Made by a program: the position numbers and the translations under genes. The notes beneath the pieces were generated by a model that was not told the origin of the DNA, made no database searches, and saw nothing but the letters and a program-made list of their open reading frames with translations. A stretch of DNA of 64,000 nt from Clostridia bacterium (GTDB lineage Bacteria; Bacillota; Clostridia; Oscillospirales; Butyricicoccaceae). Of this stretch, positions 19,818 through 29,167 are shown one piece after another. Location: NCBI GenBank assembly GCA_017455565.1, contig JAFSZV010000075.1:6096-70095 (forward strand). The letters are read 5' to 3'. Positions within the stretch are counted from its first letter, which is position 1. The number at the start of each line of letters is the position of its first letter.

Positions 19818-19825
19818 AAGAAAAG

Positions 19826-19990
19826 CGAAGATTCCGCAGGGTGCGCAGGCATTTTGCCTGCAGGGAACGGGGTGAAAAACCCCGGCAGCAGCCACTACTG
19901 TAAGGGCGGAGCGAAGCGCGGATGCCACGGGAGACCGGAAGGCGCGCCCAGCCGTGATGCCCAAGCCAGGAGACCGGCCCCGCGGACCAA
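19826..19990 (+). promoter_or_regulatory. Cobalamin (B12) riboswitch
   Basis: AGGGAACGGGGTGAAAAACCCC, CAGCCACTACTGTAAGGGCGG, GCCACGGGAGACCGGAAGGCG and B12 box AAGCCAGGAGACCGGCC (19963-19979). Confidence 0.85.
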
Positions 19991-20067
19991 GCCGGCGCCT
20001 TTGGCAGGGGAGGCGCGGGCTGCCTTCCTGTAAAAACAACCCTGTAAAGAAATAGGAGGGAAACACC

Positions 20068-21324
20068 ATGAAAAAAGTCATCGCGCTGCTGCTGTCTCTG
20101 ATGATGGCGGCATCTCTCTGCGTGTTCGCGGAGGGAGAAGTTCCCGCGGTTGCCGAGCCTGCCCAGGTCACACTTCGGGTCGAGGGCGTGGCGGCCAATC
20201 TGTATTACGGCCCCGTCGCGCTGGACGAGGGCGATAGTGTTCTTACCGTGCTGTGCCGCGGGCTGGACGAGAAAGAGGTCCCTTATGACGTGCAGGACGG
20301 CGACTACGGCAAGTATCTGGCCGCCGTTGGCGAGGACGCTGCGGCCAAGTTCGGCGGCTGGGACGGCTGGGTCTATTATGTCAACGGCGTCGAGGGCGCC
20401 GTGGGCATCGATGCCTATAACCCTGTAGCCGGTGACAGCATTTTGGTGTGCTACACCGACGCTTACGGCGACCCGCCCACGCTGATGCCCACCCTGACGG
20501 CCTCCCGCGCCAAGACCGGCATCGTCACCCTGACGGCCGCCGCGCAGGTGGCGGTGTATGCCGAAGACTGGTCGGTGAGCTACGTCACCACCCCCGCCGC
20601 CGGCGCCAAGCTTACCGTTGACGGGGCGGAATACATCACCGACGAGCAGGGCAGGGTCGTCCTGTCCGCCGAGGACAGCGCCAAGGAGCAGGTCGCCGTT
20701 CAGATCGAGCACTTTGCCGAAAACGGCAAGCCGCTGGTCATCCGCTTCGCTCCCGATTACATCTTTAAGCTGGACGTGAAAGCCGAGCCCTTCACCGACG
20801 TGGCCGAAGGCGTCTGGTACGCCCCCTTTGTGGAGAAGATGGCCGCGGCCGGGCTGGTGAACGGCTATGAGGACAACAGCTTCAAGCCCCAGAACACCAT
20901 CACCCGCGCCGAGGTGGCCGCCATCCTTTACCGCATGGCCGGCGCCCCCGAAACCGAGGCCAAGGAGATCTTTTCCGACGTGCCCGCCACGCTGTGGTGC
21001 GCCAAGGCTGTGACCTGGTGCGCCGACAACGGCATCGTGCTGGGCGCCGACGGCAAGTTCATGCCCTCCGCCAACGTGACCCGCCAGGATCTGGCCGTCA
21101 TGATCAACCGGATGAACGAAAAGGTTTTGAAGATCAAGCTGCCCGCCGACGGCGAGGCCCCCGCCTTTGCGGATAACGCCGACATCGCCGCCTATGCTTC
21201 CGAGGCAATCTATACGCTGCAGAAGGCCGGCATCGTCAACGGCGCCGACGGCAAGTTCAACCCCCTGGGCACGGCCACCCGCGCCGAGGCCTGCAAGATG
21301 CTCTCCGGCCTGATGGTCGCCTGA
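20068..21324 (+). CDS. Secreted DUF4430 (transcobalamin-like) protein with three C-terminal SLH repeats
   Basis: Signal peptide; DUF4430 signature (DGDYGKYL...GGWDGWVYYVNG...GDSILVCY); SLH repeats from FTDVAEGVWYAPFV onward. Confidence 0.85.
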   Translation: MKKVIALLLSLMMAASLCVFAEGEVPAVAEPAQVTLRVEGVAANLYYGPVALDEGDSVLTVLCRGLDEKEVPYDVQDGDYGKYLAAVGEDAAAKFGGWDGWVYYVNGVEGAVGIDAYNPVAGDSILVCYTDAYGDPPTLMPTLTASRAKTGIVTLTAAAQVAVYAEDWSVSYVTTPAAGAKLTVDGAEYITDEQGRVVLSAEDSAKEQVAVQIEHFAENGKPLVIRFAPDYIFKLDVKAEPFTDVAEGVWYAPFVEKMAAAGLVNGYEDNSFKPQNTITRAEVAAILYRMAGAPETEAKEIFSDVPATLWCAKAVTWCADNGIVLGADGKFMPSANVTRQDLAVMINRMNEKVLKIKLPADGEAPAFADNADIAAYASEAIYTLQKAGIVNGADGKFNPLGTATRAEACKMLSGLMVA

Positions 21325-21414
21325 GCGCGTAAAAAGCAGCAAAAAAGAGAAGCCTTCGCAGCGCACTCCGCAAGGAAGCCGCTTTGGGGCGGTTGTTGCC
21401 GGCTGAAAAGAAAA

Positions 21415-21453
21415 CATGAAACAGGCGTGACCGTTGCGGTCACGCCTGTTTTG
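21415..21453. terminator. Bidirectional terminator between convergent genes
   Basis: 13-bp stem ACAGGCGTGACCG / CGGTCACGCCTGT with flanking A and T runs. Confidence 0.85.
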
Positions 21454-21480
21454 TCTGCGCGCTGCGGAAGCAGAAGCGGA

Positions 21481-22521
21481 TTATGCTTTTGCAAGCAGAC
21501 GGGCCTTTTCCTTCTTTGCCCAAGTTACGCCCGAGTCCGTCTCTTCGGTCAGACCCCACTCGTTTTCCAGCAGGTCGATGATCCGGTCATAGGTCTTCGC
21601 GGCATTGGCCCAGTCGCCCATGACCTCATAGATGTCCGCAATTCCCATGAGGGGGTCCTGGAATCTGGGCCGTTTGGGATCCGCGGCAAAGGCGCGCTCG
21701 TAGATGTCGATGGCTTTTTTGTAGTCGGCCTTGGCGGCATAGTATTGCGCAGTCTCAAAGAGGACGGCGTCGTTGTCCGGCTGCTCTGCCAGAAGGTCTT
21801 CCATGATCTGATCTCCGGCCGGCTCGTCAAAGCGGGCAAGCGCGATGTAGGCGCGATAGACCCGTTTCATGACGGGGTGCGCTTGTTCCAGCGTGCAGTA
21901 GCGCTCCAGCCAGCGCTCCGCTTCGTCGGCTCTGTGGTCGGCGATCAGATTGTCCAGCAGGTACATATACGGCAGCGCGGCGTCCGGATTGGCCTCCACC
22001 AGCTCCCGATAGAAATTCACGCCCCTGGTGTGATTGGCCATATTCCAGTCCCAGACGGCATGGTTGTCCGTGTAATGCAGGATCCATTTGACGCCCTTTT
22101 CATTCGGTGCGCGGCGGACCGCTTCCTTCGCGTAACGGCTGGCCTTCTTCGCTTCCGCGTTCATGCGGTGCCAGTATAGATAGGCAATCAGCTCCGTTGC
22201 CCGCTTCTGATGGTTCGCGTCGTTCCGTTCGGCCTGCAGGAAGTTCTCAAACTCCCGAAAAATATCTGCCGGCAGTTCCTCTTCCGCGTCCATTCGGTTC
22301 TCGATCCGGTTGAGGCGCTGCTCCGTTGTCAAGTCGAACAGGTCGTCGATCGAGACGCCGAAAATCTCCGCCAAAAGCGGAAGCGTGGTGATGTCGGGCA
22401 TGGCTGCTGCGTTTTCCCATTTCGATACCGACTGCGCCGCGATTCCCAGTTTTTCCGCCAACTGCTCCTGCGTCAGTCCCGCCTTAAAGCGAAGTTGCTT
22501 GATTTTCTTTCCAAGTTCCAT
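21481..22521 (-). CDS. XRE-family HTH regulator with TPR repeats
   Basis: HTH_3 N-terminus (LTQEQLAEKLGIAAQSVSKWENAAAMPD) plus TPR-like helical repeats. Confidence 0.85.
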   Translation of the reverse strand: MELGKKIKQLRFKAGLTQEQLAEKLGIAAQSVSKWENAAAMPDITTLPLLAEIFGVSIDDLFDLTTEQRLNRIENRMDAEEELPADIFREFENFLQAERNDANHQKRATELIAYLYWHRMNAEAKKASRYAKEAVRRAPNEKGVKWILHYTDNHAVWDWNMANHTRGVNFYRELVEANPDAALPYMYLLDNLIADHRADEAERWLERYCTLEQAHPVMKRVYRAYIALARFDEPAGDQIMEDLLAEQPDNDAVLFETAQYYAAKADYKKAIDIYERAFAADPKRPRFQDPLMGIADIYEVMGDWANAAKTYDRIIDLLENEWGLTEETDSGVTWAKKEKARLLAKA

Positions 22522-22629
22522 CGTGCTTACCTCCCAAAAGTGCTTTTTTGTTTGCAGTTAAATAATACAGCGGCGATTCGTGAAATACAATAACGCAGAA
22601 GGCAAGTTCTCTTACCTGTTGGTGGAGTG

Positions 22630-22676
22630 AAAAAGCCGGAAGGGGACGCTTCCTTACGAAGTCTCTCCTTCCGGCT
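22630..22676 (-). terminator. Terminator after the GNAT gene
   Basis: AGCCGGAAGG (22634-22643) / CCTTCCGGCT (22667-22676) stem, T-run on the minus strand; long loop. Confidence 0.55.
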
Positions 22677-22690
22677 CCTCTTTTTCAGCT

Positions 22691-23287
22691 TTACCGCCCG
22701 ACTGAAACGTATGGCGCATAAACCGACCGGTTTTTTGCCAGAGAATCGGCCACGTCGATCCAATAGACGTTGCTCAGTTCCCCGTCCCAGGGATCCACCC
22801 CTTGGCGCTCCAGCACGCCGCCCAGCGCCCGGATGGTGCGGTCCGACCCGAGATTGTCCGCCGCGCAGCCGATCATCACCCGGTCAAGGCCCGCTTTTTG
22901 CGCCTCTTTCAGCCCCAGATACAGGTTGATCTTGTTATAGCCCTTCCGCCGCTGGGTGGGGCGGATGCTGTAGCCGATGTGGCCGCCGAACTGCAGCATG
23001 GCTTCGTTCAGCTCCCAGCGCACATTGATCGAGCCCACGATCCGGCGGTCCTGCGCCCGCACCAGAAGAAAGGTCTTGCCGGGGCACCGGCCGACGCTTT
23101 TGGCATAGGCCGCGTCTTCCATGCTCAAGCACCGTTCCAGCGCCTGCTCAAAGGAATAGCCCTCGTAGATCTTGTCCAGGCTGCCGGCGCCGTGGATTTG
23201 GGAGCCGTATGCGACGAACTCGTCGAGAAAGTCCACGATGTCCGCCTTGCGCGCCAAAGAGGGCCGTTCCAGATAAAAGGTTTCCAT
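22691..23287 (-). CDS. GNAT family N-acetyltransferase
   Basis: Acetyl-CoA-binding region RRKGY...; overall GNAT (COG3981-like) pattern. Confidence 0.82.
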   Translation of the reverse strand: METFYLERPSLARKADIVDFLDEFVAYGSQIHGAGSLDKIYEGYSFEQALERCLSMEDAAYAKSVGRCPGKTFLLVRAQDRRIVGSINVRWELNEAMLQFGGHIGYSIRPTQRRKGYNKINLYLGLKEAQKAGLDRVMIGCAADNLGSDRTIRALGGVLERQGVDPWDGELSNVYWIDVADSLAKNRSVYAPYVSVGR

Positions 23288-23291
23288 TCTG

Positions 23292-24062
23292 TCAGTTCCT
23301 TTCGATTTCTTCCGCGAATTCGATGGCCAAAAGGCCGATCTTTTCCTTGTCGCTCAATGCTTCTGCATTCCCCAAAGACCGTTTCTCCCACTTGGCGGAA
23401 TCCAGATTGTCGGCGGCGTAAAAGAATTGAAACACGTCTTTGTTTCGGAATTCCGCCAGCGCCGCGATGGCGGAGCATTCCATATCCACGCAGATGCAGC
23501 CCTCCGCCCTTCTGCGGGCCACCTTGTCCCGGGTTTCCCGATAGGGCGCGTCGGTGGTCCAGACCTTGCCCGTGACATAGGAATAGGCATGCTCCTCCAA
23601 AAGCCGCCGGAAGGCGGCCTGATGACGGGGGTTGACGGCGATCTCCCGGGAGGCTTTTTTATAATGATAGCTGGTCCCCTCGTCCCGAACGGCGCAATCG
23701 GGGATGATGATGGACAAATCGCCGATGCTTTTGTCCAGCACGCCGCAGGTGCCGAAGACCACCAGCTTATCCAGCCCCATGGCGAAGAGCTCCTCATACT
23801 GAATGATGCAGGCCGGCGCGCCCACCCGCGACAAACAGAGGGCCAGCTCCCGTCCGGCATAGCGGATTTTGTAAACGGGGAGCTTTCCGTTGCCGTTTGA
23901 CGTCCGGGCGATCTCCTGGCCGTCAAACAGGGCGGCAAGCCGATCAAACAGCGTTCTGGAAAAACAGGTCACGCCGGTTTTGGGAAAGCCCTCTACCGGG
24001 GACACCACCTCGTCCGGCTCAAAGGTCGAGCGGAGGGCTTCGTCAAATTCGTGTAAAACCAT
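23292..24062 (-). CDS. Nucleoside phosphorylase (PNP/UDP family 1, uridine phosphorylase-like)
   Basis: PNP_UDP_1-like pattern (VVFGTCGVLD..., AVRDEGTSYHY, CVDMECSAIA). Confidence 0.82.
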   Translation of the reverse strand: MVLHEFDEALRSTFEPDEVVSPVEGFPKTGVTCFSRTLFDRLAALFDGQEIARTSNGNGKLPVYKIRYAGRELALCLSRVGAPACIIQYEELFAMGLDKLVVFGTCGVLDKSIGDLSIIIPDCAVRDEGTSYHYKKASREIAVNPRHQAAFRRLLEEHAYSYVTGKVWTTDAPYRETRDKVARRRAEGCICVDMECSAIAALAEFRNKDVFQFFYAADNLDSAKWEKRSLGNAEALSDKEKIGLLAIEFAEEIERN

Positions 24063-24100
24063 GGGGGTGATCCTTTCTTTATCCCGGCCGCAGCCGCAGA

Positions 24101-24256
24101 TTACCGCCCGCAGCAGTGCTTATATTTCTTGCCCGACCCGCAGGGGCAGGGATTGGGATCGCAGGCGTTTCTGCGAAAACGCCGGGCGGCGCCGCGCAGC
24201 GGGCCGCTTGCGATCTGACGGGCGGAACCATGTTCCTCCCGTAAACCCTCTTCTTT
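24101..24256 (-). other. Orphan SEC-C zinc-finger reading frame (copy of the SecA C-terminal tail) without an in-frame canonical start
   Basis: Minus-strand frame encodes ...[27 protein letters not shown] (stop 24101-24103); open only back to a TGA at 24257-24259 with no ATG/GTG/TTG; ATG 24231 with GGGAGGA RBS is in a different frame. Confidence 0.5.
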
Positions 24257-24270
24257 TCAGACGGGGGATT

Positions 24271-26991
24271 TTATCTCCCGCAGCAGTGCTTATACTTTTT
24301 GCCGCTGCCGCAGGGGCACGGATCGTTGCGGCCCACTTTGTTCTTTTTGACGACGGGCCTGCGCTGAAGGGTACCGTCGCCGGAGGTGCCGGTCTCCTTG
24401 GCCACCTGCTCCCGCTGCATGTTCACCCGCGCCAGAAAGATCAGTCGGGCCGTGGAGGTTTTTACATCGTCGATCATGGCCTCGAACATCTCGAAGCCCT
24501 GCTTTTTATATTCGTCCAGCGGGTTGACGTTGGCGTAGGCGTTGAGGCCGATGCCCTTGCGCATCTCGCTCATAGCGTCGATGTGATCCATCCAGTTGCG
24601 GTCCACGGTTCGCAGCAGCACCACCCGCTCCAGCTCCCGCATGAGCTCGGGGCCGATCTGCTGCTCCTTGGCGTCATAGACCTTTTTGGCTCGGGTCTGG
24701 AGCCATTCGGTGGCCTGCTCCACCGTCATGCCCTCCAGCCGGACGGCAAGGGAGGTGCGCTCCTCCGGCGCGATAAAGACGCCGGTATAGTGGGCGGCGA
24801 GCTGGCTGGCGGCCAGCTTTTCCAGATGGGTGTGGCCGTTGGAGGCCGAAAGCACCTCTTTTTCGATCTCGTAGCGGACGTAGTTCCGCACCTGCTCCTG
24901 CACGTCCATGCCCTCCAGCACCTGCATGCGCTGGCCGTAGATGATCTCGCGCTGGTGGTTCATCACGTCGTCGTATTCCAGAACCGATTTGCGGGACTGG
25001 TAATGGATGCCCTCCACCCGGGTCTGGGCGCTCTCGATGGCGTTGGAGAGCATGCGGGCGTTGATGGGCTCGTCTTCGGGCACCTTCAGGGTGCTGATCA
25101 GCGCCTGGATGCGCTCGCCGCCGAAGCGGTGCATCAGATCGTCCTCCAGCGAGAGATAGAAGGTGCTCTCGCCCGGGTCGCCCTGACGGCCGGCGCGGCC
25201 GCGGAGCTGATTGTCGATGCGGCGGCTCTCGTGCCGCTCGGTGCCGATGATGCAAAGGCCGCCGGCCTGCTTCACCAGCTCGGCCTCGCTCTTGATGGCC
25301 TCCTTGTACTCCGCCAGCTTCCGGCGGAACAGGGCCCGGGCCTCCAGGATCTCGGCGTTGGCGGTTTGGGCGTAGCCCGAAGCCTCGGCGATGATCTCGT
25401 CGGCATAGCCCGCCTTGGCAAGGTCGGCCTTCGCCATGTATTCGGCGTTGCCGCCCAGCATGATATCGGTGCCGCGGCCCGCCATATTGGTGGCGATGGT
25501 GATGGCGCCGGCGCGGCCCGCCTGGGCCACGATGCCGGCCTCTTTTTCATGGTGCTTGGCGTTGAGCACCTGATGCTTGATGCCCTCGCGCTTGAGCAGC
25601 GAGGACAAAAGCTCGCTCTTTTCAATGGACACCGTGCCCACCAGAACGGGCTGCTGCTTTTCGTGGCACTCCTTGATCTTGCGGATGATGGCCCGGAACT
25701 TGCCCATCTCGGTGGTAAAGACCTGATCCTCGTGGTCCACGCGGATCATGGGCATGTTGGTGGGGATCTCGATCACGTCCAGCGAATAGGTGCCGCGGAA
25801 TTCCTCCTCTTCGGTGAGGGCGGTACCCGTCATGCCCGACAGCTTGGGATACATGCGGAAATAGTTCTGGAAGGTAATGGTGGCAAGAGTCTTGCTTTCC
25901 CGGTTGACCTCTACGCCTTCCTTGGCCTCGATGGCCTGATGCAGGCCCTCGGAATAGCGGCGGCCGAACATCAGGCGGCCGGTGAACTCGTCTACGATGA
26001 CGATCTCCCCGTCCCGCACCACATAGTCCACGTCCAGCTTCATGCAGCCGTGGGCCTTGATGGCCTGGTTGATGTGGTGCATCAGAGTGGCGTTTTCGGG
26101 GTCGGTGAGATTGCCGCAGCCGAAATATTTCTCCGCCTTGGCCACGCCCCGGGGGGTGATGGTGGCGGTGTTGGCCTTTTCATCGATGAGATAGTCGGCG
26201 GCGATGTCGTCCTGGCTCTCTTTCTCGTTGACCTCCACCATCTTCAGCGGAGTCAGCGTGCGGGCAAAGCGGTCGGCCTGCTGATACAGGTCGGTGGACT
26301 TGTCGCCCTGGCCGGAGATGATCAGCGGCGTCCGGGCCTCGTCGATGAGGATGGAGTCCACCTCGTCCACCACGGCGAAGTTGAAGGGCCGCTGCACCAT
26401 ATCCTGCTTGAAGATGGCCATGTTGTCCCGCAGATAGTCGAAGCCCATCTCGTTGTTGGTGCCGTAGGTCACGTCGGCCGCATAGGCCGCCCGCCGCTGG
26501 TCGTGGGAGAGATCGTGGATGATGATGCCGCACTTCAGACCCATGAAGCGATAGACGTTGCCCATCATTTCGCCTTGATATTTGGCCAGATAGTCGTTGA
26601 CCGTAACAATGTGGACGCCCCTTCCCGACAGGGCGTTGAGGTAGGCGGGCAGGGTGGAGGTGAGGGTCTTGCCCTCGCCGGTCTTCATTTCGGCGATGCG
26701 GCCCTGATGCAGCACGATGCCGCCGATGACCTGCACCCGGAAGGGGAATTGCCCCAGCACCCTGCGGTCGGCCTCGCGCATGGCGGCAAAGGCGTCGGGC
26801 AGGATATCGTCCAGCGTTTCCCCCGCCGCCAGGCGGGATTTAAGCCAGGGGGTCTTTGCCTGCAGCTCCTCGTCGGTGAGGGCGGCGTATTCGCCCTCCA
26901 GCGATTCGATCTTTTCCACCAGCGGCATCATCCGCTTGATCTCGCGGGACGAGGTGTCGCCGAATAATTTTTTCAAAAAGCCGTTTGCCAT
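24271..26991 (-). CDS. secA: Preprotein translocase ATPase SecA
   Basis: 906 aa; DEAD-like motor motifs ([27 protein letters not shown]); C-terminal SEC-C motif [15 protein letters not shown]. Confidence 0.98.
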   Translation of the reverse strand: MANGFLKKLFGDTSSREIKRMMPLVEKIESLEGEYAALTDEELQAKTPWLKSRLAAGETLDDILPDAFAAMREADRRVLGQFPFRVQVIGGIVLHQGRIAEMKTGEGKTLTSTLPAYLNALSGRGVHIVTVNDYLAKYQGEMMGNVYRFMGLKCGIIIHDLSHDQRRAAYAADVTYGTNNEMGFDYLRDNMAIFKQDMVQRPFNFAVVDEVDSILIDEARTPLIISGQGDKSTDLYQQADRFARTLTPLKMVEVNEKESQDDIAADYLIDEKANTATITPRGVAKAEKYFGCGNLTDPENATLMHHINQAIKAHGCMKLDVDYVVRDGEIVIVDEFTGRLMFGRRYSEGLHQAIEAKEGVEVNRESKTLATITFQNYFRMYPKLSGMTGTALTEEEEFRGTYSLDVIEIPTNMPMIRVDHEDQVFTTEMGKFRAIIRKIKECHEKQQPVLVGTVSIEKSELLSSLLKREGIKHQVLNAKHHEKEAGIVAQAGRAGAITIATNMAGRGTDIMLGGNAEYMAKADLAKAGYADEIIAEASGYAQTANAEILEARALFRRKLAEYKEAIKSEAELVKQAGGLCIIGTERHESRRIDNQLRGRAGRQGDPGESTFYLSLEDDLMHRFGGERIQALISTLKVPEDEPINARMLSNAIESAQTRVEGIHYQSRKSVLEYDDVMNHQREIIYGQRMQVLEGMDVQEQVRNYVRYEIEKEVLSASNGHTHLEKLAASQLAAHYTGVFIAPEERTSLAVRLEGMTVEQATEWLQTRAKKVYDAKEQQIGPELMRELERVVLLRTVDRNWMDHIDAMSEMRKGIGLNAYANVNPLDEYKKQGFEMFEAMIDDVKTSTARLIFLARVNMQREQVAKETGTSGDGTLQRRPVVKKNKVGRNDPCPCGSGKKYKHCCGR

Positions 26992-27073
26992 AAAACAGTT
27001 CCTTTCTGTGAAGGGAATATGTAGAACAGAGCTATTATAGCACGTTCCGGCGGGAAAAGAAAGGAAAAAGCGG

Positions 27074-27102
27074 TTGTTACGCGCCCTTTTTTATGCTATA
27101 CT
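27074..27102 (+). promoter_or_regulatory. Sigma-A-type promoter
   Basis: TTGTTA (27074-27079), 17 nt spacer, TATACT (27097-27102). Confidence 0.45.
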
Positions 27103-27148
27103 TTAAATAAAGTTTGAATTTTCGGCCTGTTTTAGAGGGGGGATAGGG

Positions 27149-27670
27149 ATGAAACTGCTGTATATCGTCAACACAAAGCACGACGAGGCCGCTTACCGCG
27201 CCTATGCCAAGGTGCACATGGACGGCCGCGTCACCCCGCTGGGACGGGTGATCGCCGCGGCGGGCGGCCTGGTCATCGCCGCGGGCGGCGTGCTGGCCAT
27301 CGTGAACAAGGGCTTCAATCTCCTGCATCCCGTCACCATCCTGCTGGGCGCGGTCTGTATGTTCGCCTATCCGCTGGGGCTGTGGCGGATGTGCCGCCGG
27401 CTGCTCAAGCACGCCCAGGACCTGTCCATGAACATCGATTACCGCTTCGGCGACGACGCCTTTTCGGTGGCGTGGCCGGGGCGGAGCGACACGCTGCGGT
27501 ATGACGAGATCACCCGCATCGTGGAGACCGGCGAGTATTACTTCGTTTACACCGGGGTGCGCATGGCTCACATCCTGAAAAAGACCGACTTCACCCAGGG
27601 CGACGCCGGGAGCTTCGGCCGTTTTCTGGAGGAGAAGACCGGACTGACCGTGGTAAAGGGCAGGGCGTGA
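27149..27670 (+). CDS. YcxB-like membrane protein
   Basis: Two central TM helices and a C-terminal YcxB-like region (...YYFVYTGVRMAHILKK..F); family assignment from memory. Confidence 0.6.
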   Translation: MKLLYIVNTKHDEAAYRAYAKVHMDGRVTPLGRVIAAAGGLVIAAGGVLAIVNKGFNLLHPVTILLGAVCMFAYPLGLWRMCRRLLKHAQDLSMNIDYRFGDDAFSVAWPGRSDTLRYDEITRIVETGEYYFVYTGVRMAHILKKTDFTQGDAGSFGRFLEEKTGLTVVKGRA

Positions 27671-27763
27671 GAGGCGGCTCCGCCACCTGTCCGGCCAAAA
27701 CAACAGGAAAATGAATACAAATCGTAATTTTTTTCGCTTTGATTCCGGAAAGGAGGCGCTTTT

Positions 27764-28945
27764 ATGGAGTTTCACGGCAGTGTTCAGTCCATCACCGACG
27801 AAATGATCGCTATCCGGCGGGAGCTGCACCGCTGCCCCGAGCTGGGGACACAGGAGTACAGGACCCAGGCCCGCATCTGCGCCCTGCTGGAGAACTGGGG
27901 CATCGAGCACCGCCCGGTGGCCGACACAGGCGTTGTGGGCATCGTCCGCGGCGGGCGGCCGGGGAACGTGGTGGGGCTCCGGGCCGACATCGACGCTTTG
28001 CCGCTGCAGGAGGACAAAAACCGCCCTTGCTGCTCGCAGAACGACGGGGTGATGCACGCCTGCGGCCACGACGTGCACACCGCCATCCTGCTGGGGGTGG
28101 CGAAGCTATGCAAGGCGATGGAGGGGGAGCTTGCCGGAACGGTGAAGTTCTTTTTCCAGCCGGCGGAAGAAACCGTGGGCGGCGGCGAGCGCATGGTACA
28201 ACAGGGAGTCTGCGAGGATCCCAAGGTGGATTATTCCCTCGGCCTGCACGTCCAGCCCTATCTGGACGCGGGCTTCGTGGAGCTGCGCTACGGCCAGCTC
28301 AACGCCGCCTGCGACACCGTTACCATTACCGTCAGGGGCAAGGCGGGCCACGGCGCCTATCCCGAGCGGGGAGCCGACGCCATCGTGGCGGCGGCGGGGG
28401 TGATTTCGGCGCTGCAGACCTTTGTCAGCCGCAGCATCAGCCCGCTGAACAGCGCCGTTTTGACCGTGGGCACCATCCACGGCGGCGTAAAGAGCAACAT
28501 CGTGGCAGACGAGGTCGTGATGACGGCCACTTTGCGCACGCTGGACCCCGAGACGCGCTCCTTTGCCGCCCGCCGCATCACCGAGATCGCACAGGGTGTG
28601 GCGCAGGGCTACGGCTGCCAAGCCGAGGTCGAGGTGGAGCTGGGCTATTCCGCCCTCATCAACACCGACGCCGTGGTAGACGTGATCCGGGAAAACGCCT
28701 GCCGCCTTTTGGGCGGGGACCATGTGCTGATGAAGCAGTATCCCTCGCTGGGCGGCGAGGATTTTCAGTATTTTTCCGACGCTTCGGCCTGGGGCGGCGC
28801 ATTTTACCATCTGGGCTGCGGCAACCGGGAAAAGGGGATCACCGCCGCGCTGCACAATCAGCAGTTCAACGTGGACGAGCGGTGCATCCCGGTGGGCATC
28901 GAGCTGCAGCTCAACATCCTCATGGAGCTTCTGACAAAGAAATAA
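27764..28945 (+). CDS. M20D amidohydrolase (N-acyl-L-amino acid amidohydrolase/hippuricase family)
   Basis: MHACGHDVH and FQPAEE motifs; length typical of the family. Confidence 0.9.
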   Translation: MEFHGSVQSITDEMIAIRRELHRCPELGTQEYRTQARICALLENWGIEHRPVADTGVVGIVRGGRPGNVVGLRADIDALPLQEDKNRPCCSQNDGVMHACGHDVHTAILLGVAKLCKAMEGELAGTVKFFFQPAEETVGGGERMVQQGVCEDPKVDYSLGLHVQPYLDAGFVELRYGQLNAACDTVTITVRGKAGHGAYPERGADAIVAAAGVISALQTFVSRSISPLNSAVLTVGTIHGGVKSNIVADEVVMTATLRTLDPETRSFAARRITEIAQGVAQGYGCQAEVEVELGYSALINTDAVVDVIRENACRLLGGDHVLMKQYPSLGGEDFQYFSDASAWGGAFYHLGCGNREKGITAALHNQQFNVDERCIPVGIELQLNILMELLTKK

Positions 28946-29001
28946 GAGAAAGAAATAAGAGAAACGAGGCCCGCGCCCTGCGCGGCCCGAAGGGAACGAC
29001 A

Positions 29002-29038
29002 CAGAGATCCGGCGATCCGCCGGATCTCTTAATTTTTT
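29002..29038 (+). terminator. Rho-independent terminator
   Basis: 12-bp stem AGAGATCCGGCG / CGCCGGATCTCT followed by TAATTTTTT. Confidence 0.88.
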
Positions 29039-29167
29039 CTTAATTTTTCCAAAAGAACGACCGGGCGGGAGCGTCGGTTTGTAAGCCGTTGGCAGCGGGA
29101 GGGTATAATAATACCATAATCTGCAAAGACCGCGCACGATTACGCTTACAAAAAAGGAGCTGGTTTT

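Noticed and set aside
23890-26967. 1025-aa ORF on the plus strand
   Set aside because: It lies exactly antisense to secA. The composition (Gly/Ala/Val/Leu/His/Asp-rich, no recognisable motifs) is typical of stop-poor antisense frames in high-G+C DNA.
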